DNA of 64,000 bases from an uncultured bacterium. GTDB taxonomy: Bacteria; Acidobacteriota; HRBIN11; JAKEFK01. This document shows, piece after piece, positions 19,272-28,432 of the stretch (positions are counted from its first letter, which is position 1; each line of letters begins with the position of its first letter). Location: the NCBI GenBank assembly GCA_963837395.1, contig CAWINI010000004.1:2699484-2763483 (forward strand), given 5' to 3'. The translations under genes were made by a program, and so were the position numbers. A model generated the notes under the pieces. It saw only the letters and a program-made list of their open reading frames with translations. It had not been told where the DNA came from and did no database searches.

Positions 19272-19772
19272 ATGAAACGGGTGGCGGTTTATCCAGGAAC
19301 CTTCGATCCCATTACAAATGGTCACATTGATTTGATTAATCGTGCGCTTGAATTTGTGGATGAGTTGATCATTGCGATTCTGGTAAATTCCGAAAAAAAA
19401 CCACTTTTTTCTGTGCGTGAGCGGATTCAATTAATCAAAAAAGTACTTCCAGAAAATAAACGGATCCGCATCGAACAGTTTGATGGATTGCTTGTTGATT
19501 ACGCCACAAAAGTTGGAGCCCGAATGATTTTGCGCGGGCTTCGTGCAGTCAGTGATTTCGATTATGAATTTCAGATGGCGTTGATGAATCGCAGGCTTCA
19601 AGGACAAATCCAAACGGTATTTTTGGTGCCTGCAGAACAATATTCGTACGTTAGTTCGAGGCTTGTAAAGGAAATTTCCAATCTTGGTGGGACAGTTAAA
19701 GGATTAGTGCCACCAATAGTTGAAAAAAGAATGAAAGAAAAACTTCATCGGATGAAAGGGACAAAAACATGA
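19272..19772 (+). CDS. coaD: phosphopantetheine adenylyltransferase
   Basis: VAVYPGTFDPITNGHIDLINRA nucleotidyltransferase motif; the ORF-track start at 19260 is TTG, and the ATG at 19272 matches canonical CoaD N-termini. Confidence 0.9.
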   Translation: MKRVAVYPGTFDPITNGHIDLINRALEFVDELIIAILVNSEKKPLFSVRERIQLIKKVLPENKRIRIEQFDGLLVDYATKVGARMILRGLRAVSDFDYEFQMALMNRRLQGQIQTVFLVPAEQYSYVSSRLVKEISNLGGTVKGLVPPIVEKRMKEKLHRMKGTKT

Positions 19773-20947
19773 GGCTTACAAATCGCATTCAAAATATTAC
19801 AGAATCACCAACCATCGCGATTAGTTCGCGTGCATCTGCGATGAAGGCATCAGGAATTGATGTCATTGACTTTAGCGCAGGTGAACCTGATTTTCCAACC
19901 CCTGAAAATGTGAAGAACAAAGGGATTGAAGGAATCAAAACAAATTTTACAAAGTACACTCCTACTGCCGGAATTAAAAAGCTCCGTGAAGCTGTTGCTG
20001 CACGTTATGAGAAAAAATATGGACAACCAATCCGCGCTGAAGAAGTAATTTTAACCAATGGCGGAAAACAAGCTCTTTATAATTTGATGTGCAGTCTGGT
20101 GCAGGAAGGTGATGAGGTTTTGATTCCCGAACCTTACTGGGTAACATTTCCGGATCAAGTGCGATTAGCAGGCGGCACACCGGTCTTTGTTTCAACGAAG
20201 CCGGAAGAATCGTTCTTAATTCGGGCAGAGGAGATTGAAAAAAAGATTACACCGCGTTCACGTGTGTTGATTTTGAATAGTCCCAACAATCCTTCCGGTG
20301 CTGTAATTCCGCGGGATACGATGCAAGAGATCGTCCGATTATGTGCGCGAAAAAATCTAAGTTTGATTTTCGATGAATGCTATGACTGTTTTGTATTTCC
20401 TCCACATCAGCATACTTCACCGATGCATTTCTTTCCGGAAGCGCGAGAGTTTACTTTTGTTGTAAACACATTTTCAAAAGTGTACGCAATGACCGGGTGG
20501 CGTCTTGGATTCGCAATTGGACCGGCAGAGGTAATTTCTGCTTGCGATAAATTGCAAAGTCATACTACATCCAATCCCTCATCGATCAGCCAGTGGGCAG
20601 CTCTGGAAGCATTGGCAGGCGATCAAAGTTCAATTCAACTAATGTATGACGAATATTTGCGGCGACGACAATTTATTATGGAAGAAGCTTCAGCGATGCC
20701 CGGCGTTCGTTGCAATGAACCGATGGGAGCATTTTATTTGTTTCCAAATATTCAACCGCATCTAGGCAAAGATCTTCCTGATTCTGTGGCTTTTTGTAAA
20801 AAACTATTGGAAGAATGCCACGTAGGAACTGTCCCTGGTTCTGCTTTTGGAGTGGAAGGACATTTTCGAATTTCTTATGCTACATCTATGGAGAATTTGA
20901 AGGAAGGCTGCAAACGGATCCACGAATTTTTGGAAAGTAGATTATAA
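19769..20947 (+). CDS. class I/II pyridoxal-phosphate aminotransferase (aspartate aminotransferase-like)
   Basis: NPSGAV; SKVYAMTGWRLG with the PLP lysine; 392 aa; 4-nt overlap with coaD. Confidence 0.85.
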   Translation: MRLTNRIQNITESPTIAISSRASAMKASGIDVIDFSAGEPDFPTPENVKNKGIEGIKTNFTKYTPTAGIKKLREAVAARYEKKYGQPIRAEEVILTNGGKQALYNLMCSLVQEGDEVLIPEPYWVTFPDQVRLAGGTPVFVSTKPEESFLIRAEEIEKKITPRSRVLILNSPNNPSGAVIPRDTMQEIVRLCARKNLSLIFDECYDCFVFPPHQHTSPMHFFPEAREFTFVVNTFSKVYAMTGWRLGFAIGPAEVISACDKLQSHTTSNPSSISQWAALEALAGDQSSIQLMYDEYLRRRQFIMEEASAMPGVRCNEPMGAFYLFPNIQPHLGKDLPDSVAFCKKLLEECHVGTVPGSAFGVEGHFRISYATSMENLKEGCKRIHEFLESRL

Positions 20948-20974
20948 GGTAGCTGACTAAAGTTCACGCTCCAT

Positions 20975-21712
20975 ATGTCCATCAAAAACTTTTTTCTATC
21001 AATCTTCAGGTTCTTTTTTCATGTCATCGGTTTGATGATTGTTGGTGCACTCAGCACGTTCATCGCTTTGCGTTTTTTTACAACAGGTGATGAAGTGGTT
21101 GTTCCGAATTTAAAAGGCAAGGCACCGGTGGAGGCAATCAAACTGTTAACAGATAAAGGACTGCAGCTAAAAATTTTGCCACAAAAAAGATTTGATAAAG
21201 AAATTCCGGCAGAGCATATCATTTCGCAAGAACCCGTTGCCGATACCCGCATCAAAACCGGACGAAGTGTGGAAGTGTATATGAGCCTTGGCCCTGAAAA
21301 AATTGTTGTACCTGATCTGACCGGACAAACCACGCGCGTTGCGACGTTGACTCTGGATCAATATAAACTTTCACCAGGAAAAATCGTTTACGTCACATCT
21401 CCTGGTGCTGAATCCGATGCAGTATTAGCGCAATTTCCTTTGCCCGGAACTGTCGTTACTGATGTTCGCGTTGTAAATATTTTGGCGAACAACAGTATGT
21501 ATGTAAATCCAAGATCTTTTGTTATGCCTGATGTAATTGGAAAACCGGTTGATGAAGTAAACTCCTTTTTCAAGGATGCCGGGCTTCGTGTTAGTTCCTC
21601 GCAACCGATTGATTATCCTGGAATCGCTCCCGGAACTGTTGTAAAGCAATCTCCACCTGCTGGATACAAAGTCAGCAGCAATACTCCAATCAGTTTATAC
21701 TTTAGCAAGTAA
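20975..21712 (+). CDS. membrane-anchored protein with three PASTA domains and no kinase or PBP domain
   Basis: One N-terminal TM helix, then three repeats of the PASTA pattern (VVVPNLKGKAPVEAIKLL..., IVVPDLTGQTTRVATLTL..., FVMPDVIGKPVDEVNSFF...). Confidence 0.8.
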   Translation: MSIKNFFLSIFRFFFHVIGLMIVGALSTFIALRFFTTGDEVVVPNLKGKAPVEAIKLLTDKGLQLKILPQKRFDKEIPAEHIISQEPVADTRIKTGRSVEVYMSLGPEKIVVPDLTGQTTRVATLTLDQYKLSPGKIVYVTSPGAESDAVLAQFPLPGTVVTDVRVVNILANNSMYVNPRSFVMPDVIGKPVDEVNSFFKDAGLRVSSSQPIDYPGIAPGTVVKQSPPAGYKVSSNTPISLYFSK

Positions 21713-21716
21713 AGCT

Positions 21717-22388
21717 ATGGAAAAACGGATTGCACCATCGATTCTGTCAGCAGATTTTGCGCACCTTGCCGATCAAATAGAAATGGTTGAATCAGCAGGC
21801 GCAGACATGATCCATGTGGATGTGATGGATGGACATTTCGTGCCAAACATTACAATTGGTCCGGTTGTTGTTGAATGGATCCGTAAAGCCACGAATTTGC
21901 CATTAGATGTGCATCTGATGATCGAAAATTCAGATCGCTACATTGAAGCATTTGTAAAAGCTGGTGCGAATTTAATTTCAGTACATTTTGAAGCGAACAC
22001 GCATCTAAATCGCACTCTTCAACTGATCCATTCCTTAAACTGCAAGGCAGGTGTGGTGCTGAATCCAAGTAGTCCGGTAGATTGGCTTAGCGATTCGCTA
22101 TCTTACTTAGATTTCGTACTTCTAATGAGTGTTAATCCTGGTTTTGGCGGACAAAAATTTTTGCCGCATGTATTGCGCAAAGTGCAATATCTCCGATCGA
22201 TGCGAAGTGATTTGGGACAACATTTTGCAATCGAGATCGATGGCGGAATTGGACTGAATAATTTGAAGCAAGCTTTCGATGCAGGCTCAGATTGGATTGT
22301 GGCAGGATCGGCCATTTTTCAGAGTTCGGATCCAAGAGATACAGTTAAGAAAATGAAGCAAATCGCCCAGGAGTCCGAATCGGCGTGA
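21717..22388 (+). CDS. rpe: ribulose-phosphate 3-epimerase
   Basis: SILSADFAHLADQI...MIHVDVMDGHFVPNITIGP motif; 223 aa. Confidence 0.9.
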   Translation: MEKRIAPSILSADFAHLADQIEMVESAGADMIHVDVMDGHFVPNITIGPVVVEWIRKATNLPLDVHLMIENSDRYIEAFVKAGANLISVHFEANTHLNRTLQLIHSLNCKAGVVLNPSSPVDWLSDSLSYLDFVLLMSVNPGFGGQKFLPHVLRKVQYLRSMRSDLGQHFAIEIDGGIGLNNLKQAFDAGSDWIVAGSAIFQSSDPRDTVKKMKQIAQESESA

Positions 22389-22415
22389 AATCGATTTCCA
22401 GAGTTCGAGTGCGTT

Positions 22416-22823
22416 ATGCCGAAACGGACACAAATGGGTGTCGTTTATCACAGCAATTTTCTGGTTTATTTCGAAGTTGGTCGAACCGATTATTTTCGAC
22501 AATTCGGTTTTACTTATCGTGACTTAGAAAAGGACGGCATATTCATGCCGGTTACTGAATCCTATTGCCGCTACGACCGATCCGCTTATTATGATGACGA
22601 GCTCGACATCGTCACCACTCTTGAAATGATGTCCCGCCTGAAATTGCGGTTTAACTATGATGTATTTCGGAATTCAAATGAAAAAATTGCAGAAGGCTAT
22701 ACAATGCACGTACCGGTGAATTCTTCTGGAAAACCGTGTAAAATACCTGCCGCTTATCTTGCCGCGTTTCCTGTGAAAGAAAATGCGCGGGAATCCGGCA
22801 ATCCTCAGAGAGTTGGGAACTAA
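22416..22823 (+). CDS. acyl-CoA thioesterase (4HBT/YbgC hot-dog fold)
   Basis: VVYHSNFLVYFEVGRTDYFRQ hot-dog catalytic region; 135 aa. Confidence 0.8.
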   Translation: MPKRTQMGVVYHSNFLVYFEVGRTDYFRQFGFTYRDLEKDGIFMPVTESYCRYDRSAYYDDELDIVTTLEMMSRLKLRFNYDVFRNSNEKIAEGYTMHVPVNSSGKPCKIPAAYLAAFPVKENARESGNPQRVGN

Positions 22824-22826
22824 ACT

Positions 22827-22895
22827 TCAGTACCGAGTACTGAGTACTGAGTTCTGAGTTTTTACTCAGTACTCAGCACTCATTGCTCAGTACTA
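22827..22895. repeat. palindromic element made of GAGTACT(G/A) heptads; a member of a dispersed repeat family (second copy at 57666-57710)
   Basis: ccgagtactgagtactgagtt (22833-22853) against ccgagtactgaatactgagtt (57679-57699), one mismatch; the arms are reverse complements (ctgagt...actcag) around a TTTTT loop. Confidence 0.55.
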
Positions 22896-22902
22896 ATTTA
22901 AT

Positions 22903-23868
22903 ATGAACATAGTTGTAACCGGTGCGGCTGGTTTTATTGGCTCACATCTTTGTCAGAGTTTGATTTCGAAAGGACATAAAGTTACGGGTGTCGATTCATT
23001 TCTTGATTATTACCCGCGCTGGATCAAAGAAATGAATCTGGTAGAAATAAAAAGTAATCCTTCATTCCGTTTTATCGAAAAAAATATTTTGGAAATTAAT
23101 TGGCTTGATCTGCTCGATGGTATTGACGTCATCTATCATCTGGCCGCTCAGGCGGGAGTAAGGGCTAGCTGGGGGGAGAGTTTCCTTATTTATACCAAAA
23201 ACAATATTGAAGCGACGCAATTGATGCTTGAGGCGTCTAAAGATAGAAAGCTCAAAAAGTTTGTTTTCGCCTCTACGTCATCGATCTACGGTGATGCATA
23301 CGATATTCCGATGAAAGAGGATTCAGTCGTTAGACCGGTTTCACCGTATGGAGTGACAAAACAAGCTGCGGAGGGTCTGTGCTACTTATATTGGAAGAAT
23401 CATGGTGTTCCTTGCGTTTCGCTGCGTTATTTCACAGTATATGGACCCAGGCAACGGCCTGATATGGCTTTTTATAAATTTATTCTTGCGTTGATAGAAA
23501 ACCGCGCTTTAACGATCTTCGAAGATGGCAATCAAACCAGAGACTTTACCTTTGTTGATGATATAGTTGCCGGCACCGAACTCGCCTCACAAAATGGAAT
23601 TGAAGGACGTACATATAATCTTGGCGGTGGCAGCCAGTTGTCCGTGAATGATGTCCTAAAAATCCTTGGCGAAATCGCTGGCAAACAGGTTCAGGTGAAT
23701 TTTGCAGAGAAACAAAAAGGCGATATGCGAGATACGTTTGCATCGATAGAAAAAGCAAAGCAGGATCTAAAGTATGTTCCGAAAGTGAACTTACATGAAG
23801 GCTTATCGCGAGAATATCGTTGGCTTGCTGATTTACATAGCAGGGGATTGAGCTACAAAGTGAGTTGA
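22903..23868 (+). CDS. NAD-dependent sugar-nucleotide epimerase/dehydratase (extended SDR)
   Basis: TGAAGFIGSHL, Y-x3-K (YGVTKQAAE); 321 aa. Confidence 0.85.
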   Translation: MNIVVTGAAGFIGSHLCQSLISKGHKVTGVDSFLDYYPRWIKEMNLVEIKSNPSFRFIEKNILEINWLDLLDGIDVIYHLAAQAGVRASWGESFLIYTKNNIEATQLMLEASKDRKLKKFVFASTSSIYGDAYDIPMKEDSVVRPVSPYGVTKQAAEGLCYLYWKNHGVPCVSLRYFTVYGPRQRPDMAFYKFILALIENRALTIFEDGNQTRDFTFVDDIVAGTELASQNGIEGRTYNLGGGSQLSVNDVLKILGEIAGKQVQVNFAEKQKGDMRDTFASIEKAKQDLKYVPKVNLHEGLSREYRWLADLHSRGLSYKVS

Positions 23869-23880
23869 AGGGAACGACAG

Positions 23881-24696
23881 ATGAGTAAGAAATATTTGAT
23901 AATTCTAGCTGCACTGTTACTGGTTTTGGGATGCGGAGGGCCAAAGCACGCTGAGTTGGATCCAAACAAGCAAAACGATAAAGAATTGTACGAAACTGGC
24001 GAACGTGAAATGAAAGATCAAAATTATGATAAAGCGCGAGCCGCATTCAAACTCGTATTCGATAATTTTCCGAAAAGTGATTATCGCATTCTTGCTAAGT
24101 TGAATTACGCAGAAAGTTTTTACAAAGATGGAGGCGAAGCCAATTACATTCTTGCTATTCAGGAATATCAAGATTTCATTACATTGTTTCCCTTCAGTCC
24201 AAAAGCTGCGTATGCGCAATATCAAATTGGCGCTTGTTATTATCAGATGATGGAAAAGCCGGATCGTGATCAAACCAATACTAGAAAAGCCCTGGATGAA
24301 TTTCGTAAGGTGATCGATGGTTATCCGAATGGCGAATATTACAAGTCGGCATATGACCGATTAATAGAATGTTATCAAAAGCTTGCCGAACACGAATTTC
24401 TGATTGCTCGTTATTATAATCGCACCGGGAAACATATTGCGGCTGTAGAACGGTTGAAAGAATTACTTCAAAAATATCCGGAGAGTGTGCATACGGCTGA
24501 ACAGTATTATTATCTAGCTCATTCGTTGGAAGAACTTTCTCAAGGTCCGGAAAGCTGTGTTTACTATAGTAAGATCGTAGAAAAGTGGCCTGATTCAGAA
24601 TATTCTTCAAATGCACGTGAAGGCGCGAGCCGTGTTTGTAGCGGCGAAGCGCAAACCCAAACGCAAACTCAAACCCAAACGCAACCTTCAAATTAG
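23881..24696 (+). CDS. bamD: outer-membrane protein assembly lipoprotein BamD-like (TPR)
   Basis: Lipobox LVLGC; TPR-like repeats of BamD/YfiO type; C-terminal (TQ)6 tail. Confidence 0.7.
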   Translation: MSKKYLIILAALLLVLGCGGPKHAELDPNKQNDKELYETGEREMKDQNYDKARAAFKLVFDNFPKSDYRILAKLNYAESFYKDGGEANYILAIQEYQDFITLFPFSPKAAYAQYQIGACYYQMMEKPDRDQTNTRKALDEFRKVIDGYPNGEYYKSAYDRLIECYQKLAEHEFLIARYYNRTGKHIAAVERLKELLQKYPESVHTAEQYYYLAHSLEELSQGPESCVYYSKIVEKWPDSEYSSNAREGASRVCSGEAQTQTQTQTQTQPSN

Positions 24697-24861
24697 CTAT
24701 GTTTACCGTCTTTAGCGACGCTAAAGTGTCGTCTTATTGCTACAAGTATCGCTTGACAAGTGTAATACTTCTTGTGATAGTGTTATTCGATGCGAACCTC
24801 AAATGATTGAGGTTTGTGTCAAAATGGAATTAGTCAACGCATTCAGACAAGGGAGCGGAAA

Positions 24862-26112
24862 ATGACGAAAGCCTGGCTAAAACTTTTGTTTGGCTTTATG
24901 GCTTGCTTTTTCCTCATCAGCTATGGCACCTGCATTGCGCAGACAGAAGGGGATACTCAAACTCAGGGAACTCAGCAGGTGGAACCACAAGCAACTCAAG
25001 AGGAGACTCAGTCGGCGCAGCAACCCAGCACAGAGGCAAGCCCGCAACCAAAATCCGGTGAACTTCCACCTCCGCTTGAAGCGGAAATGGTGGTCGCCGA
25101 ACATTGGTCCAAAAACCCATTTCCACGCACCGTCGCTGCAGGCGCGCGTGTACATATCGTAGAACGTGGCGATACTTTATGGGACTTAGCGCAACGTTAC
25201 TACCAAAATCCATTTTTGTGGCCTCAAATCTGGGACGCAAATAAATATATTCCTAATGCTCATTGGATTTACCCTGGTGATCCGGTGATCATTCCACCAT
25301 TGACTCCGATCAGCGAACAAATGATCGCTCAGGAAGCACAACCTCCTGGACCGGAAGGAGAAGTTCCTGGTGGACCTGGAGGGGGTGCGCCCGGTGAAAA
25401 ACTTTATCCAATTGCACTCGATGTTGATTTATATTGCAGTGGCTTGATTGTCCCTGACACCGGTGGTTGGAGAGTTAAAATCATTGGCAATGAAGAAAAT
25501 AATTACAAAGTCGCACTATCGACTTTTGATATTGTTTATTTGAATCAAGGCGAAGCAGATGGTATCTCGCCCGGAGACGAATTTACAATCCTTCAGCACG
25601 TTCGCAAAATATTTCATCCGATAACTGGCGAATCTCTTGGTGACTATATAGTCCAAACAGGAAGACTCAAAGTTGTAGCAACACAGGAAAAAACTTCCAC
25701 TGCGCAAATTACATACGCCTGTGATGCGACTTTAGTTGGAGATTATTTAGTACCATTTGAGCCCAAAGAAGTTCCAAATCTCACCGATCTTCCTCCAGTA
25801 GATCGTTTCAGTTTGGAAAGGCCGAATCAGAAGGGATACGTCGTATTTGCAAAAGATGATCTCACCTCACTTGGTGATAACAACGAAGTGCAGATCGATG
25901 TTGGAGCTGCTGATGGTATTACAGTTGGAACACGCTTGATTGTTTACAGAAATCAAACTTCAGGCTATGAAAATACCGGTTTTGAACGGGACATTCCAAG
26001 ACGTGTTCTGGGTGAGATGGTAGTATTTTCCGTGCAAGACTCTACAGCTACTGGTCGGATCATACAGATGTACGACTTCGTCATGCAAGGAGATATGGTA
26101 GAGGTACGTTAG
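24862..26112 (+). CDS. secreted LysM-domain protein with two C-terminal beta-rich repeats
   Basis: Signal peptide; Q/T/E-rich linker; LysM (HIVERGDTLWDLAQRYY...PGDPVIIPP); start placed at ATG 24862 (GGGAG-N6-ATG) rather than the ORF-track start at 24814. Confidence 0.8.
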   Translation: MTKAWLKLLFGFMACFFLISYGTCIAQTEGDTQTQGTQQVEPQATQEETQSAQQPSTEASPQPKSGELPPPLEAEMVVAEHWSKNPFPRTVAAGARVHIVERGDTLWDLAQRYYQNPFLWPQIWDANKYIPNAHWIYPGDPVIIPPLTPISEQMIAQEAQPPGPEGEVPGGPGGGAPGEKLYPIALDVDLYCSGLIVPDTGGWRVKIIGNEENNYKVALSTFDIVYLNQGEADGISPGDEFTILQHVRKIFHPITGESLGDYIVQTGRLKVVATQEKTSTAQITYACDATLVGDYLVPFEPKEVPNLTDLPPVDRFSLERPNQKGYVVFAKDDLTSLGDNNEVQIDVGAADGITVGTRLIVYRNQTSGYENTGFERDIPRRVLGEMVVFSVQDSTATGRIIQMYDFVMQGDMVEVR

Positions 26113-26136
26113 CATTTTTCGTGCTGTAATTCCTTA

Positions 26137-26172
26137 AACGGGCGGGCAAAAACACCCGCCCGTTTGTTTTTG
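26137..26172 (+). terminator. rho-independent terminator after the LysM gene
   Basis: AAACGGGCGGG-caaaaaca-CCCGCCCGTTT followed by GTTTTT. Confidence 0.75.
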
Positions 26173-26249
26173 GTGAATTTCCCTGTGAACCTTTGACGAG
26201 CATCTGAGCCATATGTTATTCTCAAGTCCATTGAATCGAGGGGTCTTTT

Positions 26250-28353
26250 ATGTCCACGTATGAAAAGCTTGGGGGTTATTTACTCTTCGAGAAACTAAGC
26301 GAGGACAAATTTTCAAATGACTTTCTTGCCGGGCAAATCTCAGGCTCTCAAATTCAGCAGATCTGCATCCTCAAACGTTTTGATCCTGCACTTGCAATAC
26401 TTCCCGATTTTATTCAGAACTTAAATCAAGAATACGAAGCAGTTAAAACTCTTTCTAATCCAAACATCATCAAACCGATATCTTTACTTCAGGATAAAAA
26501 AGAATACGCTGCAGTTTTCGATTTTGTGGAAGGAAAGACGCTACGAACTGTTTTAACAAAGTGCGGACAGGATGGATATCCATTTACCGTAGATCATGCT
26601 CTGCTTGTTGCCAGCCGGTTATGCACAGCCTTGGAATACCTTCATTCCAAGAAATTTAACGATCAGCGTTTGATGCATGGTTATGTTTCACCAGAAACAA
26701 TACTCGTAACTTATGATGGCGAAATTCGCCTTCAATATTTAGGCCTTGCACATGCTTTACTGAAATTTTCCGCAGGGAAAGAAAAATTATTTCACGATTA
26801 CAAAAGTTATCTATCTCCCGAAGTGATTGAAAATGAGAAATGGGGCCGGCCCAGTGATACTTATGGAGCGGGATTGGTTTTATATGAAATGCTCACCGGC
26901 GAAGTGTTAGATCGAACGCTGGATTTGGATGACACAATTGAAAAAGCTTTGATGAATTCAAATTCCGGTGATAAAGAACCCTTGCCTGATGATTTAAAAA
27001 AGCTTTTACGTCAAGCGCTTGCACCCGAAGCTCCATCAAGATTTTCTTCCATTGCTGATATGCGGAAAGCTTTGGATATGTTGTTGTTCTCAAGCGAATT
27101 TTCACCGACTACTTTTAATCTTGCATTTTTTATGCATTCCGTTTTTCGCGAAAATATTGATGAAGAATCAAAGAAAATTGCACTGTACAAGAAGACTGAT
27201 TTTTCAGCACACTTAAAAGAAGAGCCGCTACCTCCGGGGCCGGTTCCTGCAGCTCCAATCAAAAAAACCGTACCAGTTGGTGCAACAGTTGCAACGCAAA
27301 TTGTTACTCAATATGTTCCACAACCAGCTCCAGTCCATCATGTCGAACGCGAGCATCGTGCGCCTGCGCCTATGCATCAGCCAGTTTCAAAACAAGAGAT
27401 GTTTGAAACACCGGAGGAGAAGGAAAAATCAAAAGTTCCACTTCTTGCAGGTGCGTTATTAATTGTCGCTGTAGTCGCAGCAATCATTTACTTCTTTAGT
27501 TTGAAATCTACAAAAATTACAACAGCTCAAATTCCGCAGCAACTTCCGTCGCAAGTATTAACACCAGATCAAATCAAGGCGCAGGAAGCAGAACGAAAAC
27601 ATTTGGAAGAAGAAGCCATCAAAGCTCAAGAAGAAGCGCGGAAAAAAGATGAAGAGTTAAAGGCTTTGCAAGCAAAACTGGATGCACTTGTAAAAGCGCA
27701 ACAAGACCAAGCGAAGAAAAAGGTAGAAGATCTGACTGAAAAGCCGCCGAAGGTAGATCCGGCGGCAATCCGCAAGCTACAACTGGAAGCAAAAAAGTTG
27801 GAAGAAGAAAAGAAGCAGCAACAAGCATTGGCTGAACAAAAGTTAAAAGAGGCTCAATCAACGCCTTCCGCAGTTCAACCGGCTGCAAATGACACTACTG
27901 AGACGCCTGTAAACACGGCTCAGGCGGGTCAAGTTGTTCCAGCTTCAAACAATATTGGTGGTGATCAAAATATTCAACCAGATGAAGTGAAGCCGATTGA
28001 AACAGAGCAGCCACAACCGGAACCTGAACCGGAAAAGCCGGCAGTGGTGGAAGGTCAGGTTGTGGGCACTGGCTCCCGATGTGGTGAAACCGGAAATTGT
28101 AAGTCGAGTCAATCCTGCATATCCACGGATGGCGCAACAAAAGAAAGTAGAAGGAACGGTGATCATCAGCGTATTAATTTCTGAACATGGAGATGTGGCC
28201 GATGTCCGTGTTCTGCGGGAGGCCGGTGGATCCAGCGGTTTGAATGAAGCAGCTATGGCTGCAGTCCGAAAATGGAAGTTTCGTCCCGCCGTCAAAGAAG
28301 GAAAGCGCGTCAAAGTTTGGATGACCTATCCTATCGTTTTTAAACTTCAGTAG
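26250..28353 (+). CDS. pseudokinase-TM-coiled-coil-Pro-rich-TonB_C fusion protein (frameshifted in this assembly at about 28075)
   Basis: N-terminal kinase fold with degenerate motifs (no GxGxxG, HGY in place of HRD, YLG in place of DFG, but ILK, SPE and DxxxxG retained); TM VPLLAGALLIVAVVAAIIYFFSL; K/E coiled coil; QPQPEPEPEKP spacer; the TonB C-terminal domain (VNPAYP...SSGL..AA..AV.KWKF.P) continues in the +1 frame from about 28078 to 28353. Confidence 0.75.
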
Positions 28354-28432
28354 CAGGCAGAAAAAGATAAACGCAATTCTAAATATCTTTGTATTTCTCT
28401 CTTTTTGATTTCTTTAAGTTCTTTGCGGTGGC

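Noticed and set aside
24710-24813. Hairpins CTTTAG-cgacg-CTAAAG and AACCTCAA-atgat-TTGAGGTT plus a TTGACA-like -35 after bamD
   Set aside because: Short stems without a clear T-tract; the promoter has a poor -10; noted only as a possible terminator/promoter for the LysM gene
27997-28353. Independent start at Met 27997 for a stand-alone TonB C-terminal domain protein
   Set aside because: The first 27 codons are out-of-frame read-through of the Pro/Glu spacer of the upstream ORF; TonB_C needs a TM and spacer, which the upstream ORF supplies; one-base repair fuses them
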